From contig NC_086380.1 in NCBI RefSeq assembly GCF_036588685.1, positions 58,156,001-58,220,000 on the forward strand: a stretch of 64,000 nucleotides of DNA, in the 5' to 3' direction. This document shows, piece by piece, positions 1-12,057 of this stretch. Source of the DNA: Mytilus trossulus (Eukaryota). The first letter of the stretch is position 1. Each line of letters starts with the position of its first letter. Below the pieces are notes generated by a model. The model was not told the origin of the DNA, did not search any database, and saw only the letters and a program-made list of their open reading frames with translations. Both the position numbers and the translations under genes were made by a program.

Positions 1-1255
1 CAATGGTATAAAGCATTGAACAACTAGAACAGAAGAAAGACGTTGGCAATCTCGGAAATCAAGCTTATGAATTAAAAACAAATCATGTTCACATTTCGAC
101 CAGCTCGTGACTTTGTATAAAACTACAAACAGACATCCCCTCTAAAATCCCCATCCCGAGACTGTACTAAGCGACCATGATTGTGACACTCATGTGACCA
201 CACAATTTCACTTTCTCTTCTCATGAAATAAACTTCACTCTTAGGGGATAGGAAGGGAGTTAAAATTATATTAATATTTTTTTTGAATAATAACAAACAC
301 CCACGTAGTAATTTTGTAGAGAAAAAATCTGATTATGTAGCAATTAAGTCGGAGGTTCTATCGTTTTCATTTCCTAGACAGCTCACAGCAAAGCAATGTT
401 GGTATTTAAATCTAATTCTGACTCATTTTCCATTACAACAAGAACTTGACAAATTGGTAACATGGGACTGAACTAACATGCACAAGGACATAGCACCCGG
501 ATAAATTCAATGCAATTTCAGTCATTAACAAAAAACACATTCAATTATACATTTCATGATCACTCTTTTAAAACAGCAAGATATCTCGTGGTCATAATCA
601 TATGTTACCCTACAGAACATGGACATAAGCTCAACATCACGTTTCTTTGAAAGACGATCACTAGAGTGTGCTTACAACAAGACATAGACAGCATTGATGG
701 AGTTCAAATGATGGCTCCCAGTTTTCTTTGTAACCACTAAATACAGAAATGACATCTTAACATGGAATGACGTAGTCTCTCTGATATTTTAAGAAACGAT
801 TCCGGATTCGTGATTAATTAGGTTATACACAATATAATATGAAAGTTGCAATTAGCATAACAAATGAATTTTGCCATAAAAAGACAAACTGTAAATCAAA
901 ATTAAAACAGCTTTCTTATTCCATTTTGTATAGCACCAAACAGATTTTTTTTTCTCTCTTTCAAATTACAATTTATTTCCGACTAAAACAAACTGCTAAA
1001 CAACACCATAAACAGTACTCAGTAGAATCTTCAAATTCAAATATTCAATCTCAAAACATCAATGTTAAATTCAACTATAAATAGCATATTGAACCAATTA
1101 TACAATAGTATATTGAACCAATTATAGAATAGTATATTGAACCAATTATACATTTTTAACATTATTTCGTTATATATTAGAAATTGTATCTAATATGAAT
1201 TCAATACACATCTTGTCAGGAATTCTAGGACATCATCCTCAAAGAACAGAGATTA

Positions 1256-1362
1256 TTTTGAATTTAACCGCGTAATGATACTTATCAGAAAGTACGTACA
1301 GGTCACGTGTCAAATCACTGCATTAGATCAAGGGATAGACATTTTCTGGATCTCAGGTAAAA
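1256..1362 (+). promoter_or_regulatory. Putative core promoter and non-coding exon 1 of copy 1 (intron 1357..5176)
   Basis: Module conserved once per gene; GGTCACGTG at 1301; tctcag|GTAAAA donor at 1357. Confidence 0.65.
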
Positions 1363-1497
1363 CAAAGTTGTGAAGAATACTTACAATAACATGATTGATA
1401 AGTAGTTGATTTGTTTCTTGCATATTGAATCAATTATTATCAGTTTTAATTTTCATATTGAATCGAAGTCAATAAAAAATCATTGACTTTAAAGTTT

Positions 1498-1511
1498 ACT
1501 TTCGTTTTCGC
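1498..1511 (-). promoter_or_regulatory. ISRE/IRF-E-like motif GAAAACGAAAGT (representative; also at 3926, 12295, 18671, 30963, 32111, 38511; variants at 39261, 48098, 58195)
   Basis: ACTTTCGTTTTC on + is GAAA-AC-GAAA-GT on -, matching the GAAANNGAAA IRF consensus; about 130-145 bp downstream of each exon-1 donor. Confidence 0.45.
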
Positions 1512-1949
1512 CTTGCATATAAGGTTAAAATATCCAAACATTAGGTATGTAAAAATTAGCACAAATAAATAAAAAAAAAGCAAAACCAAAAACATTTAGC
1601 ATTGACAATTAATTCTCTTTCTTTTTTATCTTATTCTAAATGAAAATTCGAAATTGTTAACATCACCAATAATATTTTGAGTACAAACAAGTATGCTAGC
1701 CTGACAAATATAAATACTTTGTATTGAATGAATGAATACTACATATGCTATAGCAACGAAAAACATATTTACAACATGACAAATGATAAACAGCAGAGAA
1801 CAATACTTATAAATCATTACAAGAAAGCAAATTTTATTAAGTAACAATATGTGATCTGATTGACCACGCAGATTTTATGTAGTTACACAATTTTTTAATA
1901 TGTAAAACAGACTTTGATTTAAATAGATACTGTAATTAAGTAATTTAAT

Positions 1950-2135
1950 AGTTTTTCCTTTTGAATGGTTTTACACTAGTAATTTTGGGGTCCTTTATAG
2001 CTTGTTGTTCAGTGTGAGCCAAGGCTCTATGTTGAAGGCCGTACATTGACTTATAATGGTTTACTTTTTTAAATTGTTATTTGGATGGAGAGTTGTCTCA
2101 TTGGCACTCACACAACATCTTCCTATACCTATTTG
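1950..2135 (+). repeat. SINE-like interspersed repeat 3' part (also ~30195-30392, ~31760-31950, ~51155-51345)
   Basis: Near-identical ~190-bp blocks (tttgaatggttttacactag...ggatggagagttgtctcattggcactcacaccacatcttcc) at four positions. Confidence 0.7.
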
Positions 2136-2187
2136 AACACAAACACATGCGATGAGCATATTTCAATACGTAACCGAAGGCTGTGTA

Positions 2188-3799
2188 TGAGACAATATCT
2201 GAAAAAGTCGATTTTCCATGTCCCCAACTTCACCAGCAATTATTTTTTTATTTAACCATCTTTTTTGAAAATTTCAAGTTTCAGTATAAACTAAATTATA
2301 TAATGCACCAACCCCTGACAATTAAACACTCATTCTTATATTTCTTCCAATAAAATATTGTAATTTAAATGTTCAACCCCCCTAAAATCATGTTGTCCCC
2401 TGTGTTTTTTGGAAAACTAAATCATTCAAATAATATCCAAATTTATTAAACAGGCGTCCGATTCTCACATATATGATAAATTATATAATAAACTTGCCCC
2501 TAATTTGTCTTTTTATATTATAACTAGAGCATGTAATAAAATTTTGCAAATTTTAAGAGAACAAAAATTTGTCCCCAGGGGTGATTTCCCTCCTGTTACC
2601 ACTAGGTCTTTTTTACCAGTGGAAACGTTTACAAGACCAAGAGTTATTTTCCCATTATGTATTTTGAAGAGCATCATTTTCTGAATGCATTAGTACAAAG
2701 AAATAGATGGAAAGGCGGCCAGGTTTGAAAATTCAAGCCCATCCAAGGTACGAATTTATAGGAAAATACTTTATGGTGTTCTATCCTGTTATAACCTTTT
2801 TTTACACTTTCTGAGAATAATTTTAAGTGTGCACCACAACATGAGGTGTGTTTTTATGTCATCTTTTTAAATGTTATATGTCACAGGAAATACACTTACA
2901 TTTAATGTGATAAAAAGTACAAAAACTATCGCGTAATTCCTTTCTGTTACGTTCTGTCATATTACCTGATAAAAAGTAACAGCATAACCATCATCAGTAA
3001 CAGGAAGGATGCTAAAGACAATTTCACTAAAGAATCAAAAAGTTTATCTACTATATGCCAACCATTTCATTTAATTTATGTTATCACCACCTTATCAAAT
3101 AAATTTCAAAATAATATACAGTATATTGAATAAATAAATAGGGTTTTTCCCTTTGATAACAGCAGAGAACATTGTGCAATTCTAGTATAGTAGATAGTAA
3201 CAGCAAGGAATTTATTTTAGAATTTTTCATTACCTAGGCAGATTTTTCATCTTGCAAATACAGTTTCAAAGGATAAATGACATTGTTTGCTGTTATCTTC
3301 CAATTGTGACCAATCTATAATGATGTTTTTTTCTTAAACTTTAAAATAAAGCAGAAAAATCCTTTCTGTTACCAACTCTATCCTGTTACCGTTGTCCTGT
3401 TACTCAAGACTCTTTCATGTTACCGACATATTTGACTATATTTAAGTATATTTCTAAACCTTTTGTATTGCAAATGCTAAAATCAATAATTGGCATTTGA
3501 TAAACTATTGCAGGATATACTAGTAAACCACAAATAATGTCTTAAACTTATTCCTTATTCCCATTAGAAACTTTTTAAAATTGGTTCACTTTGGTAACAG
3601 GAAAGAACTGGATTTTTTTTTTAACCATTTTTAAAATAGCCATTGTTTTCTTATTAAACAATTGTTTGAATTACAGACAACAGTTCCTAGATCTACAATG
3701 TGTGTTCTTCGATTCGTGCTATTAAAATACCGGGTCTAAAAAATTTTTTTTGGGTTTTTTCTCATTGCCAAAAAATCGACTTTTTCAGATATTGTCTCG
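2188..3799. mobile_element. Non-autonomous Tc1/mariner-type DNA transposon in the copy-1 intron
   Basis: 28-bp TIRs (T/C)GAGACAATATCTGAAAAAGTCGATTTT; TA duplication; empty site ctgtg-ta-tatgactgc present in the copy-4 intron at ~31980. Confidence 0.85.
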
Positions 3800-5177
3800 T
3801 ATATGACTGCAATGCTTTGAACACTAACACATGATTGATGAGTTCCTAGCATATGAAATTAATTATAATGAGTTTTAATTTTTCATATTTAATGCAAGTC
3901 AATAAAAACAATAACTTTGTATTCTACTTTCGTTTTCGCTTCGCATATAATGTTAAAATATTCAAACATTGGATATGTGAATAAAAAACACAGATTATTG
4001 ATAAAAATAAACCACGAAGTTTCACTTAATTTTTAAAATGTTTAAGGACCTTTAGATCTGCATATATCATCATTCACAATTACATTGTTAATTAAGAACA
4101 CTGATTATACAGTATGTATCTCCTATTCAATTTGATGTTTTACCAAATTCGAAATACTTTCATCCTTCAAAAAGTATGCACTCAGTAAATACAGAAAAAC
4201 AAAACAAGTAATGAATAAATTACAAACTTGAGATCACTTGAGTATTGTGTTGCGTGGTTGATATTTCATGCTTAACCATGTTTATAGTGGAAGGGTAAAC
4301 AAATACAATAGATATGTACATTCGCTATCAATGACAGGACATTTGAAATGTCACATGAACATGATAGTTTAGTAGAGGGATTGAAGTAACAGATTTGGTC
4401 TTGTAACAAGCCACCTAAAGTCCCTTCAGAGAGTTTTTGAAAGCGTTGAATAATGTGCCGAGAGCTTTACATTCGCCTTAACATAGTCATCAGATTTAGT
4501 GCACTCATTCAGACCGGCAGTTGTCAGTCGATGTAAATTTGTATTTATAAACACTCTAGTATTAACACTACACAGCCAAGCCTTAATAGTGAATGAGTTA
4601 TTAATTGAACGGGAGAGGCCATGGAATGATCATATTTTCATGCATAGTCAAACCCTTTTAGTATGCCTTTTGACCTTGCTTCTAATTGTACTTTTGTTGA
4701 TCTAAGACCCTTCTTGGTTTAATTCCGTGATAGTACGAACAAAGTTTTACTTGTTTCATAAGTAACAATATGTGTTGCATGACACTTGAAATGGCACAGT
4801 TCTATGCGAAATATCAATGTTATATTTATCTTGTCAAATTAACTTTTTTACCTGTATTTCTAAAATTATCGTGACAGTGAAGCAGAAACTTGTGTTCAAG
4901 AAAAAAAGGAGATTTTAAATGATAATTAAAAAAAACGCAACAATATTTTTTAGTCGACAGTATTACATGCAAATATGCAACCTAAGCACGCACATTGTGT
5001 GCCAAGAATAATTATGCTTACATGACTTGCGACAGCAAGACTTTATAGAACCTTTATTTTCATTTACATAATTAAGGTAACAACCGGTGAATGAAAAACA
5101 TATCTAATGATTTGTCTTACATAAGACAAATTTTGGTTAAAAGCAATTTTATTCTTTTGAAATTTCTTTTTTGTAGC

Positions 5178-6866
5178 ATGTCGAGTAAATTAACTGTATG
5201 TGGAGTATGTGATTATCAGAACATTAACAAACCATCAGTTGCCTGGTGTTCAGAATGTGACGAAGGACTTTGTGAAGAATGTAAAGTGCATCATGCAGCT
5301 TCAAAGGCGACCAGAAACCATAGCATTGTCCTACAATCCGATTTCCAAAATCTACCTTCTAATGTATTGGAAATTACTCAAACATGTCCAAAGCACGAAG
5401 AAAAATACCAGATATTTTGTAGGAAGCACGATTGTCCATGTTGTAGGCTATGTGTTGTTGAAACACACAACGATTGCAAAGATTTGAACGCGATAGAGGA
5501 TGTAATTAAGAATGTAAAATCTTCAAGTGCATTCTTAGAGATGGAACAATTATTGAAAGAACTTTCCGAAAATTTGCAGAATATAAGAAAAGATAGACAG
5601 AAAAACATTAAAAGTCTGACGGAGAACAAAACAATCATAGAAAAGGAAGTTCAGCAGGCACGAATATTGATTAATAATCATTTGGATAAAATACAGGAAA
5701 GTCTGATGAAAGAGCTTTTTACCGCAGAGGAAAAGGAAAAAAAGAAAATAAGCAATTTAATATCATCAATACAAGAGAAAGAAAAAGAGATTACAGACTA
5801 TCAAACTACTCTTGATAGAATAAAAAAGCATGCCTCAGACCTCCAGACATTTTTGGTTATGAAGCACATTCATCGAGATGTCACGAACAAAGAGCAATTT
5901 CTGGAATCTCTAATAAAAGAAGAGAAACTGAACCATATTTCAATAACTTGGAAAAACGAAAATATTACGGAGACCCTACCAACTACAATCAAGAAGATAG
6001 GAACCATAATATTAGAAACCAGGGCAGGTGAAGCAATATCAACAAGTAGGAAGTTAAAACAAGCACAGATAATGGCGCTTACTGCACCTATTCCTATTAT
6101 TGATGACATCAAACTTACTTTAGGACAAACCGTGAAAACAATTGGAAATGATATCAAAAGCTGTTGCTTATTAGCTGATGGAAGAATGATTTTTTCATGC
6201 TATCTCAGTTGCAAAATTCACGTGTTCAAAACCAGCGGGATTTTGGATTTTACACTTGAGACAGGATCCATGACATCTCATATCCACTTTATCGAACAAA
6301 GTCAAAAACTTGTCGTAACAACTGGGCCTTACAACCAATGCATTAAGATTATCGACATGAAAAACAGAAAAACTGAGAAATCTATTGTTGTTGGATCAGA
6401 GATTTATGGAATTGTTCATAAAGACGGACAATTGTTCTATAATGGATATCATGGTGGGTTGCGTGTTGTAAGTGTAGATGGCCAATTGAGTAAACGGTTG
6501 GTAAATGTTACTTTGAAACAAAATAGCAGCATTGCAATATGTTTACATCAACTTTATTATATAGGCGAAGATGATTCAATATCATGCTGTGATCTTGAAG
6601 GTGGTGTTAAATGGAAATTAGAGCAGAAACCATTCCTTTCAAACATACGAGGCATAACAGTGGACAATTACGGACGTGTTTACGTATCAGGATTTTGGTC
6701 TCACAATGTAGTCGTAATTTCACCAGATGGAAACAAACATCGATTACTGCTGTCAGAGAAGGATGGTCTTCAGAGTCCACAGTCTTTGTTCTTCGACCAA
6801 ATAAATAACAAATTACTTATTACAAATCAACAAACTAACGCATTTGTTTATGACGTTTCAAAATGA
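5178..6866 (+). CDS. RING-less TRIM-like protein (B-box1, B-box2, coiled coil, NHL-like propeller), copy 1, 562 aa
   Basis: ORF 5091..6866 trimmed to the conserved MSSK start, which follows a polypyrimidine tract and TAG acceptor (ttttttgtag c ATG). CGVC..WCSECDEGLCEEC..HH..H = B-box1; CPKH..FCRKHDCPCCRLC..H..C = B-box2; E/K/Q-rich heptads; RGITVDNYGRVYVS / PQSLFFD propeller repeats. Confidence 0.9.
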   Translation: MSSKLTVCGVCDYQNINKPSVAWCSECDEGLCEECKVHHAASKATRNHSIVLQSDFQNLPSNVLEITQTCPKHEEKYQIFCRKHDCPCCRLCVVETHNDCKDLNAIEDVIKNVKSSSAFLEMEQLLKELSENLQNIRKDRQKNIKSLTENKTIIEKEVQQARILINNHLDKIQESLMKELFTAEEKEKKKISNLISSIQEKEKEITDYQTTLDRIKKHASDLQTFLVMKHIHRDVTNKEQFLESLIKEEKLNHISITWKNENITETLPTTIKKIGTIILETRAGEAISTSRKLKQAQIMALTAPIPIIDDIKLTLGQTVKTIGNDIKSCCLLADGRMIFSCYLSCKIHVFKTSGILDFTLETGSMTSHIHFIEQSQKLVVTTGPYNQCIKIIDMKNRKTEKSIVVGSEIYGIVHKDGQLFYNGYHGGLRVVSVDGQLSKRLVNVTLKQNSSIAICLHQLYYIGEDDSISCCDLEGGVKWKLEQKPFLSNIRGITVDNYGRVYVSGFWSHNVVVISPDGNKHRLLLSEKDGLQSPQSLFFDQINNKLLITNQQTNAFVYDVSK

Positions 6867-7376
6867 TCAGCAAGACCAGCTCTACAATTGAGACGAATAG
6901 TGGAAATCGTGCGGCGACTTTTGCGTTTTTTTTTATATATGATAAAATCATCTTAGATCAAAAATTTAAATAAATAAAAATTATCATAAAGACAAAATCT
7001 ATTGACAGGTCGATAGTTAGAAGACTGTCAATCTTTATCCGAGTACCTGTCATTAAGTCAGGTTATTGTTCCTCTCTTTTGTATGTTTTGAGCAGAAACC
7101 AAAGAAGATAGATAGAAACTAAACAGACCAAATTATCATCAATACAAACTAAACAAAGCAGAGATTTTTCTTTTGAAATATTTTCTCGTCTACAATGCTG
7201 AAGGAAGGACGGATATACATATAGACCGATGATTTTTTTATCATATGGCTTTTATTTTTTTCAAATCATGAGTCAGTGATCAAGGTTACGTTTTCTTGAT
7301 AAGTATCGAATCTCAGATACTTATTGACTTATATCAATATCTCAAATGTATTTTGTGTAAACCAAGACAACAATGA

Positions 7377-7740
7377 ATAAAATTGAGAATGGAAATGGGG
7401 AATGTGTCAAAGAGACAACAACCCGACCAAATAAAAAAACAACAGCAGAAGGTAACCAACAGGTCTTCAATGTAGCGAGAAATTCCCGCACCTGGAGGCG
7501 TCCTTCAGATGGCCCCTAAACAGATATATACTAGTTCAGTGATAATGAACGCCATACTAATTTCCAAATTGTACACAAGAAACTAAAATTAAAATAATAC
7601 AAGACTAACAAAGGCCAGAGGCTCCTGACTTGGGACAGGCGCAAAAATGCGGCGGGGTTAAACATATTTGTGAGATCTCAACCCTCCCCTATACATCTAA
7701 CCAATGTAGAAAAGTACTGTAAACGCATAACAATACGCAC
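7377..7740 (-). repeat. SINE-like interspersed repeat (also ~19617-19903, ~22010-22140)
   Basis: Shared aaaattgagaatggaaatggggaatgtgtcaaaga... block; the 19617 copy interrupts intron sequence that is contiguous in paralogs. Confidence 0.65.
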
Positions 7741-9374
7741 CTGAATACTTTAAATAAGAGAGTTTTCCTGATCTCGAACTAATTTCAGATTCAATCCACC
7801 ATTTTCAACATTATAAAATGCCTGTAATAAGTCAGGAATATGGCAGTTGTTATCCATTCGTTTGAACTTTTGATTTTGTCATTTTGATTTTTTTTATTTC
7901 GATGTAAAAACAAATATAATTAACTATAAATAAAATTAAAATCTTATCAAATGGAAAATCAAAAGCCTTAACCCATCAAACAAATGGAAAACACCTGTCA
8001 AATGTCTGACTTGGCACAGACATTTACGTATGTAACAAATGGTACACACCTTGGCTCAACACTATATGGCTATTATATAATGATTGTAAGGTGTAAACAT
8101 ACAGTGGACATTAACATTAAACACTGAGATTTGTGCACATTTTTTATTAGCATTCTTATCCTTAATCTATTACAAGCTCAAAACCACTTATGTACAGAAC
8201 ATGTAAATCCTATACTGTGCGCCAAATGCTTATTTAAAACAGTAAAAATACAACGGAGAGCAAAAATACGTAATTATTTACCAATAGAACAAGAAAAATA
8301 CCTCTCTACTCTCATTACACATGCTACAAGATACAACCAAATGGGGAAAATTTTAAAAAAGTTTGAAACAATCTGTCAAATGGATTGAAATATTTCCTAA
8401 GTGCCTATTATAGCATATAACGTAACAAAAGTATAAATAAAAATACCTAGCGAAATCAGGGTAACAGCTGAAAAAACCCTTAATACAGATTTTTGAAAAA
8501 AGACCAATGCTTAAGCAGTTTAAAGCAAAAAATAATGATAATAATTAATAAATACACTGTTAGTAATAATCTGAATTGTAGACATCAAACTTATGTATAC
8601 ATGTATATGATCAAGCTAAATTCGATGTTAAGTTTTGAAATTTATTAGAATTTTTTTGTTGGAAAAAAACGCTTTTCATATAAACGTCGAGATTTCTTGA
8701 GACATCGATATTAATCGGTTGAATTTCTCATCTCATGAATGATCATTAGTTATGTGCATAATAATCTCAGTGTGTATATTTTTTTCTGCACGGAGTGTAT
8801 TTCGAAACTCTGCGTTAATTGCATTGGCTCATCCCGTTTCATAAGATTATTTGAATAATTGGTTAGGTCACTGATGACGTTTTTAGGAAAGTGGTAAAGT
8901 GGCAAACGACAGTTGTGATTTCAAAAATAATATACAAAGATACAGATCTTTTATTTGTCACATTTTAGTACATTCTGAGGAGTATAAAAAGATTTTAAAT
9001 GTCTGCTGATAAAGAGATTCGCTGCATTTTCCTTAAACACAATGAGAGTGTTGACAACCAGAGTAATAAGTAACAACTTGTGAAAATCTGATATTAAATG
9101 ATATCAACTCATTTAATTACAGTAGTAAAGGGTCGTTTATCATTGAAAAATTAAAGAACTCGAGTTGAGATGAAGCGATACCCAATTCTTACTCGTAATG
9201 AAACCTATTAAATAGGAACGAAAAAAATTACCAGAGGTAGTCAAAGTCAAAACCGAAAATAACCGACTATGCCATGGTTAAAAAAAATATTTTCGGTATT
9301 CGAACAAGTTGTTACCTAATACTCTGGTGGTCAACACTCCAATATTCCAGATTTAGGGATAAAAGGAAAATCAC

Positions 9375-9600
9375 AACAATACTGAACTCCGAGTAAAATT
9401 AAAAACGGAAAGTCCCTAATCAAATGAAAAATTCAAATGATTAAACGCATCAAACGAATGGACAACAACTGTCATATTCCTGACTTGGTTCAAGCATTTT
9501 CAAATGTAGAAAATGATGTATTGAACCTGGTTTTAAAGTGCCAAAACTCTCACTTGTATGACAGTCGTATCCAATTCCGTTATACTTAAAACGATGCGAG
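9375..9600 (-). repeat. SINE-like repeat with cctgacttgg core (related pieces at ~7790-7880, ~59240-59350, ~62634-62800)
   Basis: aatggacaacaactgtcatattcctgacttgg..gcattttcaaatgtagaaaa found in both orientations at several sites. Confidence 0.6.
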
Positions 9601-12057
9601 AACAAAACAGACATAATAGGTCAAATTGCAAAAATCAGGGTACAGCAGTTATTACCATGTCACAATCTCAATTAAAAAAACAAACAATATTTAAATAAGA
9701 AGTAAAGTTAACAACCACGTTCATAGCTTACTTATTTCTGAATATTAAATCGACCCATAAAGGATTGAAATATTTGGAGTCCTGTGAATAAATGTCTAGG
9801 TTCACATCAACTCTGGTATAGAATCGCATAACTACAAACGTCACACAGGTAGAAATATCAAATAATTTTGTCGTTCAAAGAATTTTCAAAATTATAATAG
9901 AACAATAACATAATGGCGGGATGTTTAAAAGAACAGAGCCACGTCATACGTACCAAAGAAACACATAAAGTCACACATACAAAGCACACCGGCAGAAATG
10001 AAAGATAGTACAAACATCAAATTGACAGGATGCATCATTACCGAGCCAGGTCAAATGGATATCATAAAAAAACACAAACAGTAAAAGTAATATTAATAAT
10101 AGAACAAGGACATCTTTAGAGAAATTTAATACAGCAAATCATTGACAACTGTTAAGTAATAGTCTAAATAGCAAATGGGAACAGATGGAAAATATAAAAA
10201 CAAATGGCATGGCTCATTCAGTTCACTTATCTGTCACACTTTAAAAGTGCTCTGTATCTATTGTTTATCATTGTCACGATCTGGTAAACTTTGACAAAAA
10301 ACTCCAGATTTGATAAGCTTGAGATCAACAACCACTAAATGACATATTATATGTCAATGATACGTTACAGATGTGTAATAAATATAAAAAAAATATGCAT
10401 GCAAGAATTAGTTAAGTATAAATGCATGCATTAGTTCAATAATTTCGATAACACTAAAATTTCCAGGAAATCGTTTCATATGTTTTCAAAGTAATGATTG
10501 TCATTATGGGGCAGAATTTAATTGTGGACCGTATTCGTTCATGACGGTTTTCTCTGTTCAAATAAATAAAATTGATTAAGAAGTCTCCATGACACAAAAC
10601 AGACTCATTTATCTGGCAAAGTGGAAATGTTGGTTGATAATGTTAAACGTTTGATTTAATCAGTTTTTACGAACTTCATTCCCCTTTTCGAATTTACATT
10701 AAAAATTGTTCTTTGTTAATACCTTTTTATTACATTCTGACTGCAATGACCCGACGCTGTTGCAATTGCATTTAACACAACTTGTGGATTTGGATCTTTT
10801 CACGAAATCCACTTTCCTATCTTATGATAATTATGTCACCCATATGTTAATAGGGGTGAATAAACTCATCATAGATACCCGGCTTAAATTTTGTATTAAC
10901 GCCAGACGCATGTTTCGTCTACAAAAGACTCATCAGTGACGCTCGAATCTGAAAAAAGTTCAAAAGGCCAAATAAAGTACGAAGTTGAAGAGCATTGAAT
11001 ACCAATATTCCTAAAAGTTTGATATATTATTGTTTTTGGTCCGATTTTACATTCCACTTTTTTGTCCAGCTTAGTTCTCGGAGATTACTTGACACACATG
11101 GATAAAAATACGCCATTAAGACATACCCCATCTGTAGAGGTGCACATAGACTTTTGAATTTTCAAGATAACCGTCGTTACCATGGAAACCGTCTAAATGT
11201 GAAAAAATGAAAGAAAAAAAAATCCTTATAAACTCATCGTTAATCAACCCAACCGTAACAGATACAACCCAAACCTTCCCCGCCGTAATAATAATATGAA
11301 CTGTAGAACTGGTTTCCGTTTGAATTTTGAAGATTGCTGCTTTACCATGGAGATTAGGCTAAAAGTGTAATATTGACCCATATCAGATAAAACGTCAAAT
11401 GAACATTTTCTAGCAAATTTTAAGTTCGACCCCGGTTAAATGTTATTGAAATGTTATCTGTCTTTGAAACATTTAGAGTAGCCGTTGTTTACATGGAAAC
11501 AGCAACAACAAAAAATTCATAAAAATAAAGTTCTGTAATCAAGTTTATGTGTATGAGATTAAATACAACTATGTACTACTAAAATCTTCTAGTATGTGCT
11601 AGAAGAAGCCAAAAAAATATGTAAACCTGCTTTTATTCTATACAAAATAGTGATTGATTTCATTTTCTGACTTGAGCAATTTAACTATCCGTTAGGGTTT
11701 CAAGTAAATAGAGGTATGCTTAATAATATATGAAGGCCTTGAGCAACACAGCTGAGCAATGAAAACACACTAAAATCTGGGGGTGATTTGAAAGTAGATT
11801 CTTTTTCATATATACCATCGTATGTAGGAATAAACAGACAGGGCGTATAAACTACTATCACTGTAACAGCATATAAAAAATGGCACACATCAGAAAGTAA
11901 AGATGCATTTGAATATTAAAAATAGTTAATCTAATCTTAAACTTAAATTAAACACCACGAAAAGTGTTCGGCCAAAAATCCCTTTTAAATGTACATTTGT
12001 ATAGCGTCAAGTTTTTACTCGAAACAGAACAGAGAATGATCACGGATAAGGTTGTTA

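Noticed and set aside
5091-5177. N-terminal extensions (MKNIS.., MQFYV.., MQRGL..) in the ORF track
   Set aside because: Not shared across copies and run through the polypyrimidine tract/acceptor; best read as intron.
5200-5487. 95-aa alternative-frame ORF recurring in copies 1, 3, 4 and 5
   Set aside because: Starts at GTG, overlaps the most conserved part of the real CDS and is not listed for all copies; recurrence follows from paralog identity.
5378-6157. Recurrent antisense ORFs within each gene copy
   Set aside because: Shadow frames of the E/K/I-rich coding strand, with variable lengths and no domain signal.
5178-6866. Assigning a symbol such as TRIM71, TRIM2/3 or brat
   Set aside because: No RING or filamin domain and a divergent propeller; orthology cannot be supported from the sequence alone.
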